A stretch of 41,017 nucleotides of DNA from positions 1 to 41,017 of the forward strand of contig JBDRGF010000156.1 in assembly GCA_043818055.1 (NCBI GenBank). Direction: 5' to 3'. The DNA comes from Pseudomonadota bacterium (lineage in GTDB: Bacteria > UBA10199 > 2-02-FULL-44-16 > JBDRGF01). The position numbers were made by a program, and so were the translations under genes. Under the pieces are notes generated by a model. The model was not told the DNA's origin. It did no database searches and saw only the letters and a list, made by a program, of their open reading frames with translations. This document shows, one piece after another, positions 10,114-18,939 of this stretch. Positions within the stretch are counted from its first letter, which is position 1, and each line of letters opens with the position of its first letter.

Positions 10114-10536
10114 ATGGAGATCGATAAGGAATTAATTCAGAGAAGGCTTGGTGAATTGCTTTCGTTTGTGAATGAGCTAAGGGGGATGGGAAATATCGAA
10201 AGGGAAACTTTTAAAAAAAACATAGAGCGCCAATATTCTGTCATGCATTTGTTGCAACTTAGCATCGAGGCAACGCTTAGCATTGCAAACCACATAATTG
10301 CGAGGAAACATCTAGGAATACCCAACAGCTATCAAGATAGTTTCGAGCTCCTGGAGAGGGCAAAAATTCTTTCCCCAGAGTTTACAATCGAGATGAAAAA
10401 AATGGCCCGCTTTAGAAACAGATTAGTCCATCTCTACTGGCAGATTGACCTCGATCAGATATACGATATCTACACAGGAAAACTCGGCGATTTTGAAGAA
10501 TACGCTCGGTTGATCAGGGGATCGTTGCAGGTGTGA
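10114..10536 (+). CDS. HEPN/DUF86 ribonuclease toxin (HepT-like)
   Basis: FRNRLVHLY Rx4H motif; follows an MNT gene. Start placed at MEIDKE after GAGGGAG; the ORF also opens at 10087. Confidence 0.9.
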   Translation: MEIDKELIQRRLGELLSFVNELRGMGNIERETFKKNIERQYSVMHLLQLSIEATLSIANHIIARKHLGIPNSYQDSFELLERAKILSPEFTIEMKKMARFRNRLVHLYWQIDLDQIYDIYTGKLGDFEEYARLIRGSLQV

Positions 10537-10659
10537 ATATGAAGAGATGGCGGTCCTGCCACCTTATGTTCATTTTCTTTACACGTAAAATGTTTAAAAT
10601 ATTGACTTTAGCTGTCTATCCATATAAAAAAACATCTTGAGGGGGGGGGCAAGGGAGCC

Positions 10660-11445
10660 ATGAACAAAAACAAGGGTTCATATATTAAACGTTTGAGGGG
10701 AAAAATGAATTTTACTCAGGATTACGTTGCTCGTGAGATTGGAGTTTCGCGTCCAACCTACATCCTCATGGAAAAGGGAGAGAGGGAGCTGTCGATTTCA
10801 GAAGCGGAGAAGCTTGCAAGGTTGTTTGATATGTCGATCGAAGAATTCTTAAACGAAGAGGAGGGTCGCAAACACGAAGTTGTTTTGGAAAAATCTTCCG
10901 CACGCTCCCATATGAAACAGAATATACGAATCAGCGTACCCCAAAAAAATCTTAAAAAATTCAAAGAGGTTCTTCTCTATATTCTCGAAAAGGTTGGTGC
11001 TCGTCCAAATATTGGAGAGACTGCTATCTATAAACTTCTCTACTTCATAGATTTTGATTATTACGAAAAATTTGAAGAACAATTGATTGGGGCTACGTAC
11101 ATAAAAAACAAATTTGGCCCGACACCGGTTGAGTTTGTAAAAATTGTACAAGAGATGATGAAAGAAAATGAGATTGAAGTTGTGAAGAGCAAATATTTTC
11201 AGTTTGAACAGAAAAAATATCTTCCTCTAAGGTCTCCCGATCTCTCTGTTTTGAATGCCAGAGAGTTGGAACATATCAATGAGGTGCTTGCTCGCCTTGC
11301 GGACAAAAGCGCAAAAGAATTAAGTGACTATTCTCATGATGATTTACCATGGAAGGTTCACAAGATGAACGAAAGGATCAGTTATGAAAGCGTCTTTTAT
11401 CGCGATTACGAACATTCGGTAAAAAGCTATGACGATGAAGTTTAA
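10660..11445 (+). CDS. XRE-HTH fused to DUF4065 (Panacea/SocA-like) antitoxin
   Basis: N-terminal IKRLR...TQ..VA..IGVSRPTY..MEKG; C-terminal KLLYFIDF, GPTP, ELSDYSH.D.PW. Confidence 0.85.
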   Translation: MNKNKGSYIKRLRGKMNFTQDYVAREIGVSRPTYILMEKGERELSISEAEKLARLFDMSIEEFLNEEEGRKHEVVLEKSSARSHMKQNIRISVPQKNLKKFKEVLLYILEKVGARPNIGETAIYKLLYFIDFDYYEKFEEQLIGATYIKNKFGPTPVEFVKIVQEMMKENEIEVVKSKYFQFEQKKYLPLRSPDLSVLNARELEHINEVLARLADKSAKELSDYSHDDLPWKVHKMNERISYESVFYRDYEHSVKSYDDEV

Positions 11446-11776
11446 TGAAACTGCGAAATTCAGCAAGGAATTAAAAACCCTTTCAAAAAAATACAGGTCT
11501 TTGTCGGACGATCTGGCAGAATTTAAAAAGGTTATTACATCTATCCCGTGTGGTACCAGTAAACATAGTGTGATGTTACATAATGCTGGAGATTTTAAAA
11601 TCATCAAATCCCGTTTTTTCTGCAGATATCTCAGAGGATCGTCTATGAGAATCGTCTATGCATATTACGAAAAAAAACAACAGGTCGAATTTATTGAGTT
11701 GTATTTCAAGGGGGATAAGGAGAGGGCGGATGCTAAAAGGCTGGATGAATATATAATGTCGTGTTGCGCAAGTTGA
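11429..11776 (+). CDS. RelE/ParE-superfamily toxin-like protein
   Basis: FSKELKTLSKKYRSLSDDL...MRIVYAY...FIELYFKGDKE; overlaps the antitoxin-like gene. Confidence 0.7.
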   Translation: MTMKFNETAKFSKELKTLSKKYRSLSDDLAEFKKVITSIPCGTSKHSVMLHNAGDFKIIKSRFFCRYLRGSSMRIVYAYYEKKQQVEFIELYFKGDKERADAKRLDEYIMSCCAS

Positions 11777-11848
11777 ATTGAAATGATAGAGTTTTGCTTG
11801 GAGTTTATGGTGTGAGGAGAAGTAAATATGTTGTTTGGAGTTAATTAG

Positions 11849-12853
11849 ATGGATATTGAACAAATTATTCCTAATTACACAGTTGCTGATATTGCTAAAA
11901 AAATATCAAAAATAATTGAACCAGGAAATTGTGTTGCTTGGATTGGATCTGGTTTTACAAAGTTGGCTGGTTATCCATCATTGTATAAACTTGTTATGAA
12001 TCTTATTGATAGTTGTTATAGCAATAACAGCAAAAGTGCGAAAGATCTGAAAAAACAGCTAGATGACAAAATACTCACGGAATATGAAATTGCCGAAAAA
12101 TGTTTTGATTCGGGTAAGAATCAAAAAAAGTATTATGAATGTCTAGAAAAACAATTTGAAAAAAATAATATTACTCGAGAAGGTATTACTACGCTGGCCA
12201 AGTTACCCTTCAAAGCTTATATTACTACAAACTATGATTCCAAATTGCCAAATGCAATTGATGTGGAATTGTCTTACAATGCAAAAGTTTTTGTTGGAAA
12301 ACAATCAAAATATAGTGAAATTTCTAAGCACACAAAACCAGTTTTTTGTATACATGGACTTGTAGATTTTAAGAGTATTGGGGATCCAAAAACCATTGTA
12401 TTAAAAGAATCAGATTTTAGCAGAGGATATGAGGATATTAAGACATTTATAAAAGATGTTCTCATAAAGGAACAAGTTGTTTTCCTTGGTTGTAAGCTCG
12501 AAGAATCTATAATGAGGGAGATTTTTAATGAAATTGATGAAGTGCCGAAAAAAAAGAAATTTTGTATTTTAAGTAAAACTTCTGAAAATGACGCTGAAAT
12601 AGCATTGTTAAAAAATAGCCCTGACATCAAGATAGATGAAAAATCGGATGAAGAAAAACAAAAACTAATAAATGAGCAAAGAAAAATAATGGATAAAAAC
12701 CACGCTAAAAGATTCGATAAGATTAATGCAATAACCTTTGCATATGAACCCGAGAAGCCTTCGTATCATGATGAAATCGAAACTTTATTAGAGTTAATTA
12801 ACAGAAATTGTTTGGATAAAGTAAGAATAAAGCAGAAAGAACTAATAGTATGA
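11849..12853 (+). CDS. SIR2-like (sirtuin/NADase-type) domain protein
   Basis: VAWIGSGFT..AGYP, YITTNYD, FCIHG, VVFLGC motifs typical of defence-associated SIR2 domains. Confidence 0.87.
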   Translation: MDIEQIIPNYTVADIAKKISKIIEPGNCVAWIGSGFTKLAGYPSLYKLVMNLIDSCYSNNSKSAKDLKKQLDDKILTEYEIAEKCFDSGKNQKKYYECLEKQFEKNNITREGITTLAKLPFKAYITTNYDSKLPNAIDVELSYNAKVFVGKQSKYSEISKHTKPVFCIHGLVDFKSIGDPKTIVLKESDFSRGYEDIKTFIKDVLIKEQVVFLGCKLEESIMREIFNEIDEVPKKKKFCILSKTSENDAEIALLKNSPDIKIDEKSDEEKQKLINEQRKIMDKNHAKRFDKINAITFAYEPEKPSYHDEIETLLELINRNCLDKVRIKQKELIV

Positions 12854-15705
12854 ATATAAAAGAAAAAATAGATATTATTGATAAGATGCTACGAGAAAAT
12901 AAAGCTTCCCATACTGCTTTAATGAATATTGTTAATGACAAAGTGGCTATGAATTATTTTGTAGATAGGGTGGATGATCCTGATTGGATCTCAATTTTTA
13001 AAAAAGAAGGTTGCTTTAACAAAACTGAAGATTGGGTTGTTGGATTATTATCAAAGTTTGCGACGGATTCGCCAAAAGATGTTTCTGATATTATTGTTTC
13101 ACTGCCTTATACAGAGAACGAATGGCATCATCGTGATTTTGTTGAAGCTGCAATCAAGATGTCGGTTGAATACGCAGTTAAAATTGCAAAAAAGGAGATT
13201 GAATGGATCGAAACAAGAGAGTCAATATTTCATATCGATCCTAGAAAATATGGAAGCTTAATAAACAAGCTCTGTCATGATGGAGAGGCTAACACTGCTC
13301 TCGAATTAACAAAATCTCTCTTGGAAATATCGAAAGAAAAATTAAAGGGCGATTTCGTTTTAGTAAAATTAAAAACCAAGATAGAGACTTGGAGTTATGA
13401 TCAGCTCGTTAAAATGGTTGTGCCTGATCTGACTAAATATTCACAATTTGATGCCCTCGAGCTATTTTCTAAACATTTAGATAATGCACTAATAAATTCA
13501 AGAGAATCAGCTGATAAAAATAAACCTTGTGATTATTCCAATATGTGGAGGGAGAAAATTTTATCATCCAGTAGGATGCCTTCAGATGATATTAAAAACT
13601 CACTTGTAACTGCTGTGAGAGATTCGGCTATTATAATCTGTGAAGCTAATAAAAATAACTCCAATAAAATTAGCGAAGTAATCAAAAAAATTGAAGATTA
13701 TAACTGGGATGTTTTTAAAAGAATTTCTCTTTACCTTTTGGATAAGTTTTCTGATGTTGCAGCTGATCTAATTGTTCAAAGATTAACTAAAAAAGAATAT
13801 TTCGAGGAACTTGGGGTCTATAACGAATTTTACCAACTTTGGAAAATACATTTCAATTTGCTCAATCCCGATCAAAAAGAAAATATCCTCAACTGGATTA
13901 CAAAATATGAAATCGAACCTGGTTTAAATGAAGATAAAAAACAATCAGAGCTGTTTTTAAAGAATTTCCAGAGAGACTGGTTTGAGGCTATTTCTGATAA
14001 ACTGCCTTCAAAATACAAAGAACACTACGATGCGCTGATTAAAGAGATTGGACATTCAGAACATCCTGGGTCTAGAGCACCAGTTCATAGGACAATGAGC
14101 GGGCCGAATTCTCCGAAGAGTATTCCGGAACTGTCAGAGATGAAAATCGAACAATTAATTGAATGTTTGAAGGAGTGGAAGCCGAAGCCGAGTGGTGAGT
14201 TTATGTCACCCTCACCAGAGGGCTTGGGTCGGAACCTGACGGGGGTTATCGAGGAAAATTCATCTTGCTACGCAAAGAATGCTTTGGAATTCAAAAAACT
14301 AGATGAACCGACATATATAAAATCAATTCTCCGCGGTTTTCTAAACGCTTGCAACAATCAAAAAATTTTCGATTGGGATCAGGTGCTTGAATTGTGTAGA
14401 TGGATTGTTATAGATGATCCAAAATATTCTGATCGAAACAAGGAATTATTGAGGGAATATGAACAGGATCCGGATTGGAATTACACATATTCTACAATCG
14501 CAAGATTTCTCGAAGCTGGTTTTTCGCAGAAAGACACTCAGATTCCAAATGAGTATCGAAAGTTAGCTTGGGTAATATTAGACGGGCTTTTTGGTAAACG
14601 ATATAAGTTACCAAAGGAAGAATTTAATCCTGACAACGATTACATTCATGAATCCTATAACAAATTTGAGGGACAATTGTTTCACACCTTGATTCAATAT
14701 GCCCTATGGGTGAGAAGGGAGCTTGAGTTAAATGATAGTTCTGAAGAGAATAGAAAAAAACTTCAGGTGGAGGGGTTTAATAATTTTCCTGAAGTAATAG
14801 AAAAATTAAATGACTATTTGGATAACACCGACAATTATAATGGGATAATTCATTCGGTTTTAGGTCAAAGATTTGCATGGTTGTTGATGCTCGATAAGAG
14901 TGTGACAGTAAATGCAAAAGGAAAAATTTTCTCAGATGATCAGTTTGGTGAGACTGCTTGGAGAGGATATCTCGAGTTCTCAGCTCCATATGATAGTGTT
15001 TTTGAATTAATTAAAAATAATTACAAGAATGCTGTTAAAAAACTTGGAACACCTTACTTTAAAAATGAGAATGACAGAATTCCCACATACATCGAAAATT
15101 TAGCTGAGCATATTATACAATATTATTGGCGGGGTTTGATCTCTCTTAATGATGAAATAGTGAAAGACTTTTTTAAGCAATCTCCTTTAGAACTTAGAGG
15201 ATATGCTTTGAATTTTATTGGTCGTGTTTTAAAATCTGAAAAAGATAAAATCCCCGATGAAGTGATGGATCGATTTATCAAATTATGGGAACGAAGATTT
15301 AGTGAAATCAAAGATCTTCCAGGTGGAGAAAAAACACCTGAGCTAAAAGCTTTTATATATTGGTTTAGGTCTGGAAAATTCGAAATGAAGTGGGCATTTG
15401 AAAGGCTAAACGAAGTTCTTGAAAATCTAAATAAGGGTGAGGATGGTGTTGATTCGATGTTCATGGAATATTTGGCTCATTTGAGCGAGGAGTATCCTCA
15501 AGAATGTATAAAGATACTTCACAAGATCGTGGAGAAAAACTTGTGGAGGGCATATATGTTTTTTGAAGAGGATATTCCTGAGACCATAATCAAAAACGCC
15601 CTAGAACATGATAGCTCTGAAGCGACTAAAAAAATAGTTCGAGAGGTTATCACTCGTTTTCTTGAAAACGGCTATTTCAAACTCCGCGAACTCTGGCCGG
15701 AGTGA
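12850..15705 (+). CDS. Large predicted alpha-helical protein, translationally coupled to the SIR2 gene
   Basis: 951-aa ORF, ATGA overlap with the SIR2 stop, amphipathic helical pattern, no Walker A, signal peptide or TM segment seen. Confidence 0.8.
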   Translation: MNIKEKIDIIDKMLRENKASHTALMNIVNDKVAMNYFVDRVDDPDWISIFKKEGCFNKTEDWVVGLLSKFATDSPKDVSDIIVSLPYTENEWHHRDFVEAAIKMSVEYAVKIAKKEIEWIETRESIFHIDPRKYGSLINKLCHDGEANTALELTKSLLEISKEKLKGDFVLVKLKTKIETWSYDQLVKMVVPDLTKYSQFDALELFSKHLDNALINSRESADKNKPCDYSNMWREKILSSSRMPSDDIKNSLVTAVRDSAIIICEANKNNSNKISEVIKKIEDYNWDVFKRISLYLLDKFSDVAADLIVQRLTKKEYFEELGVYNEFYQLWKIHFNLLNPDQKENILNWITKYEIEPGLNEDKKQSELFLKNFQRDWFEAISDKLPSKYKEHYDALIKEIGHSEHPGSRAPVHRTMSGPNSPKSIPELSEMKIEQLIECLKEWKPKPSGEFMSPSPEGLGRNLTGVIEENSSCYAKNALEFKKLDEPTYIKSILRGFLNACNNQKIFDWDQVLELCRWIVIDDPKYSDRNKELLREYEQDPDWNYTYSTIARFLEAGFSQKDTQIPNEYRKLAWVILDGLFGKRYKLPKEEFNPDNDYIHESYNKFEGQLFHTLIQYALWVRRELELNDSSEENRKKLQVEGFNNFPEVIEKLNDYLDNTDNYNGIIHSVLGQRFAWLLMLDKSVTVNAKGKIFSDDQFGETAWRGYLEFSAPYDSVFELIKNNYKNAVKKLGTPYFKNENDRIPTYIENLAEHIIQYYWRGLISLNDEIVKDFFKQSPLELRGYALNFIGRVLKSEKDKIPDEVMDRFIKLWERRFSEIKDLPGGEKTPELKAFIYWFRSGKFEMKWAFERLNEVLENLNKGEDGVDSMFMEYLAHLSEEYPQECIKILHKIVEKNLWRAYMFFEEDIPETIIKNALEHDSSEATKKIVREVITRFLENGYFKLRELWPE

Positions 15706-15726
15706 TTGAAACCTAAACAGCTATTC

Positions 15727-15894
15727 AAAACATTCCCGATCGGGAATGTTTTCTAAAATATACTGATTTTATATACCCTTTAAGGTATAAAGAACGAAGA
15801 ATTATACCCAAAAAGGTATATTCTTTAAAATATTAACTAAATATATACCTTAAAAGGTATAAAATATTGACAATTATACCCAAGGGGGTATAGT
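15727..15894 (+). promoter_or_regulatory. Array of palindromic operators and sigma-70 promoter of the hipB-like gene
   Basis: TATACC-N6-GGTATA at 15772, 15803, 15844, 15875; perfect 26-bp palindrome 15727-15752; TTGACA(15867)-16 bp-TATAGT(15889). Confidence 0.85.
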
Positions 15895-15901
15895 AAAACT
15901 T

Positions 15902-16117
15902 ATGAATTTTAGGGATTACATAAAAAAACGCAGGAAAGAGGAGGGTTTTACGCAAGAGAAGATCGCTGAACTTGCAGGTGTCGGTTTGCGATTTATACGC
16001 GAGTTGGAGCAGGGAAAAGAAACTTTGCGAATGGACAAGGTGAATTTGGTGTTGAAACTCTTTGGCAAAAAGCTGGGTCCCGTTGATCTCTTCGAAGATG
16101 AAGAGGTGCCCAAATGA
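15902..16117 (+). CDS. HipB-like (y4mF-type) XRE transcriptional regulator
   Basis: TQEKIAELAGVGLRFIRELEQGKETLRMDKVNLVLKLFG. Confidence 0.88.
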   Translation: MNFRDYIKKRRKEEGFTQEKIAELAGVGLRFIRELEQGKETLRMDKVNLVLKLFGKKLGPVDLFEDEEVPK

Positions 16118-16404
16118 AATCCGCAAAAATTTTGCTATGATCAGGTTGCCTGATAAAGGGTATAGACTCTCTCCCGCCTTTGATATTGCGAGTTCAAGAC
16201 TAGCCCTTCCAAATGAGTCAGATGAGATGGCAATTGCGATCAACGGCAAACAAAACAAAATCAAACTCAATGATTTTAGGGCGCTGGCTAAATCACTTGA
16301 GATGAATGATAAAAATTTCGATGATGCTGTCAATCGCGTGAAGTTAATTAAAACAAGTGTGGATAAATTTTTGAATAACTCATTCCTCCCCGCTGAATTC
16401 AAAG
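16114..16404 (+). pseudogene. hipA-type operon remnant: stub start (MKSAKI) joined to the C-terminal part of a HipA kinase
   Basis: ATG overlapping the hipB-like stop closes after 8 codons. Another frame reads KNFAMI...YRLSPAFD...AINGK...SFLPAEFK (HipA C-lobe) with no N-lobe. Confidence 0.8.
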
Positions 16405-17442
16405 CCTGAATTCAACCGGGAAGTGCCCCACGTAGCTGGTTGAAGACCTCGGTGGGTGTTTGAAAACCCAAACACTTTCGTGGTCTGTTGTTTAGTCGTC
16501 GTTCAACAAAACTTATATCCTTTTTCGTAAATTTCGCAAGGTCAGTCTTCTTCGGAATGAAACGCCGAACTAACCCGATCGTATTTTCAACCGTTCCCTT
16601 CTCCCAGCTGCGATATGCGCCACAGAAAAAAGAAAGTGTTCCGAGGGTCACATTTACCCGCTCATGTTCAGTGTTCTCAGATCCATTGTCATAAGTAATG
16701 CTACATCGAACCGATTGCGGATAGTGAGACAAACGTCTATTGATTGCCGTTCGTGTCTGTGATGCTGTCTTACGTTTAACCAATGTCAATTTTGTGTAAC
16801 GGCTTTTGCGCTCAACTAGCACCTGTGTAGCAGTTTTGCTTGCCCTGGATATCATCGTATCCGCTTCCCAATGTCCAAACTCTTTCCGCTGATTTACCGC
16901 TGTGGGACGCTCTGAAAGACTGATCCGGTTCGGTATATGCGACTTTCTATGTTTACGGCTGTGTCCTTTTTTATGCCTCTGCTTATGCCGCCGAGGAAGA
17001 TAGCCAATCAAATCTGTACGCTTCTCATATATCCATCGGTAGATCGATTCATGACTCGCCGTTAATGACTGACTCTTAAGCTTCAATCGACCGGCAATTA
17101 GTTCCGGTGACCAACCCTCTTTTAGTCGCTTCTCGATATGTCGTTGAAGCTTCAAGTTCTTAAGCCATTCCCGTTGTCCAGCAGCCTGTTTCCGCTCCTT
17201 AGCTCGCTCATGCGCTTTGTGGGGCAGATAATATCCTTGATATACCGGTGGAGCATTTCGCAACAGCTCCCGTTCGATCGTTTTACGATCTCGTCCCATT
17301 AGTCGCCCAATCTCGCTAGGCCCTCGTCCTTCGGCTTTAAATATTGAAAGCTTCTCTCGCTCCTCCAAACTTAAATGTCTGTATTTCTTTTTCATACCCA
17401 CCTTCTATCATACTAGGTGGGGCACTTCCTCTTTGAACTTGG
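16405..17442 (-). mobile_element. IS30-family insertion sequence
   Basis: Imperfect ~30-bp terminal inverted repeats sharing TTCAA and GGAAGTGCCCCAC; AAAG on both flanks (16401-16404, 17443-17446). Confidence 0.9.
16412..17395 (-). CDS. IS30-family DDE transposase
   Basis: YRHLSLEER HTH, WSPELIAGRL, GHWEADT, ITYDNGSE, WEKGTVENTIGLVRRFIPK, LNNRPRKCLGFQTP. Confidence 0.95.
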   Translation of the reverse strand: MKKKYRHLSLEEREKLSIFKAEGRGPSEIGRLMGRDRKTIERELLRNAPPVYQGYYLPHKAHERAKERKQAAGQREWLKNLKLQRHIEKRLKEGWSPELIAGRLKLKSQSLTASHESIYRWIYEKRTDLIGYLPRRHKQRHKKGHSRKHRKSHIPNRISLSERPTAVNQRKEFGHWEADTMISRASKTATQVLVERKSRYTKLTLVKRKTASQTRTAINRRLSHYPQSVRCSITYDNGSENTEHERVNVTLGTLSFFCGAYRSWEKGTVENTIGLVRRFIPKKTDLAKFTKKDISFVERRLNNRPRKCLGFQTPTEVFNQLRGALPG

Positions 17443-17496
17443 AAAGTCAATTTTCAGAACATTTTCCAGGTGAGATATAAACGAATGTTTAAGTAA
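17443..17496 (+). pseudogene. Extreme C-terminus of the HipA remnant beyond IS30
   Basis: Removing the IS and one AAAG gives ...SFLPAEFKVNFQNIFQVRYKRMFK*, ending at TAA 17494-17496. Confidence 0.7.
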
Positions 17497-17498
17497 GC

Positions 17499-18923
17499 TT
17501 ATTCGAATAAACAATCTGACAACAGCACTTGTGAAAAATAACCGCTTTCATCGAGATCTTTAGTGATTCCTTCGGTTGTGATCAGTACCTTTTCAATGGT
17601 TTTTTGAGCTTGAGGTAATTTAGAAATTTTATTTTCTATATCATCGATGATCCATTTTCCAATTTTTCCTGAGTAGTATTTTAATTCGCATATAGTAATA
17701 ACCGGGTCGTGCCGTTCGAACAGTAAATCGATTTGAACTCCCTCTTTTGTATTGGTTTCGCGGTTGAAGTAAGATCCAAAATCTGACACCAATTGGTCAA
17801 TTTTAAGTCTTTTTGCTATTTGGTTTATATGTTTAAGGCAAAGCCTTTCGAATGCCAGCCCTTGCCATGCCTGATACTTTCTTGATCGCATGATTTGAGA
17901 AAAAAGATTTTCTTCCAGGTTTTTTTCAATTTTTTTGAAATTTGGTTTAATAAATTTAAAATAGAAATGGATATACTCATCTTCCAGTCTATATCTTTTT
18001 AACTTACTCTCCTCTGGTTTTCCACAAGGGATGTATCCCTTAATAAATCCCGCTTTTTCAAGATTATCCAAATAGCGTTGAAAGCCTCCCCCCTCCGTCA
18101 TTTTTAGTGCATCCAGCAGTTCTGTTGCTTTTAAACTTTTATACTTGCTAAAAAGCATTATCATTTTTCTGTATACTTTGTCTTCATGGAAGACATCTTT
18201 AAAAATTCTATCAAACTCTTTTGTAAAGTAGCCATCTTTTGAAAGGGCCAATTTGTTTATGTTAACCGCAACGGAACGATTATTCTCAAATTGCATAAGA
18301 TATGCAGGGATTCCCCCACAAAACATATAGAGATTCATTATCTCCCGCTGAGATCGTTTTCCTTCGAAAAAATCGTAAGTCTCCTTGATGGATAGTGGTT
18401 GCAGACAGATTTCAAGATTGATGCGTCCGTAAAGGGATGAGGAATTGATCACTGAATCGACCATAAATGAAGCGATAGATCCGCAAAGCACCAGAGTAAA
18501 ATCCTCTCTCTTTGACCAAAGGTTGTTCCATCCCCAAGTGAGCTCCGAGATCATTTCCGACCGCCTATTTGCCATGTAGGGGATCTCATCTAGAAAAAGG
18601 ATCATATCGTGTTTATGTTTTGTTTCATCAATAGCTTTATCGAGCAATTTAAAGGCCTCAATCCAATTTTTACATTGTGCGGTTCTGTAAAGATTGTTTT
18701 TTGTGATATCAGCAAGGGTTTCGAGAAAAGAGGAAATTTGCCTCTCTTTTGACTGATTTTCCAATCCTTCGAACTTCCATATATTCTTATCTTTGTAATA
18801 TTCTTCAATGAGTCTTGTTTTTCCCACCCGGCGCCTTCCGTAAATTGCAATCAGGCTGGCGCTGTTTTTGTCATACTCCTCTTTCAGAACTCTTTTCTCA
18901 TACTCTCTTCCGATGAATTTCAT
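17499..18923 (-). CDS. Archaeal-type AAA ATPase with wHTH and C-terminal PD-(D/E)XK nuclease-like domain (DUF234-like architecture)
   Basis: FIGRE, Walker A YGRRRVGKT, Walker B LFLDE, LCGS, GGIPAYL, QIDLL...ICELKY. Confidence 0.87.
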   Translation of the reverse strand: MKFIGREYEKRVLKEEYDKNSASLIAIYGRRRVGKTRLIEEYYKDKNIWKFEGLENQSKERQISSFLETLADITKNNLYRTAQCKNWIEAFKLLDKAIDETKHKHDMILFLDEIPYMANRRSEMISELTWGWNNLWSKREDFTLVLCGSIASFMVDSVINSSSLYGRINLEICLQPLSIKETYDFFEGKRSQREIMNLYMFCGGIPAYLMQFENNRSVAVNINKLALSKDGYFTKEFDRIFKDVFHEDKVYRKMIMLFSKYKSLKATELLDALKMTEGGGFQRYLDNLEKAGFIKGYIPCGKPEESKLKRYRLEDEYIHFYFKFIKPNFKKIEKNLEENLFSQIMRSRKYQAWQGLAFERLCLKHINQIAKRLKIDQLVSDFGSYFNRETNTKEGVQIDLLFERHDPVITICELKYYSGKIGKWIIDDIENKISKLPQAQKTIEKVLITTEGITKDLDESGYFSQVLLSDCLFE

Positions 18924-18939
18924 GGTACCTCCATAAAAA

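Noticed and set aside
11849..15705. Assignment to Thoeris, SIR2-HerA, SPARSA or Avs
   Set aside because: No TIR, SLOG, HerA/Walker A, APAZ/PIWI or STAND motifs visible in either protein.
15772..15892. Regularly spaced repeats as CRISPR or iterons
   Set aside because: 18-bp palindromes with variable cores over the promoter of an XRE gene fit operators better.
15833..16402. 189-aa minus-strand ORF and other antisense ORFs (e.g. 276-839, 19135-19752, 25243-25869, 27418-27972)
   Set aside because: Shadow ORFs opposite well-supported genes, with no motifs.
16062..16409. 115-aa ORF as an intact gene
   Set aside because: Its N-terminus is an off-frame read of the hipB-like gene and its stop lies in the IS end; it is a HipA fragment.
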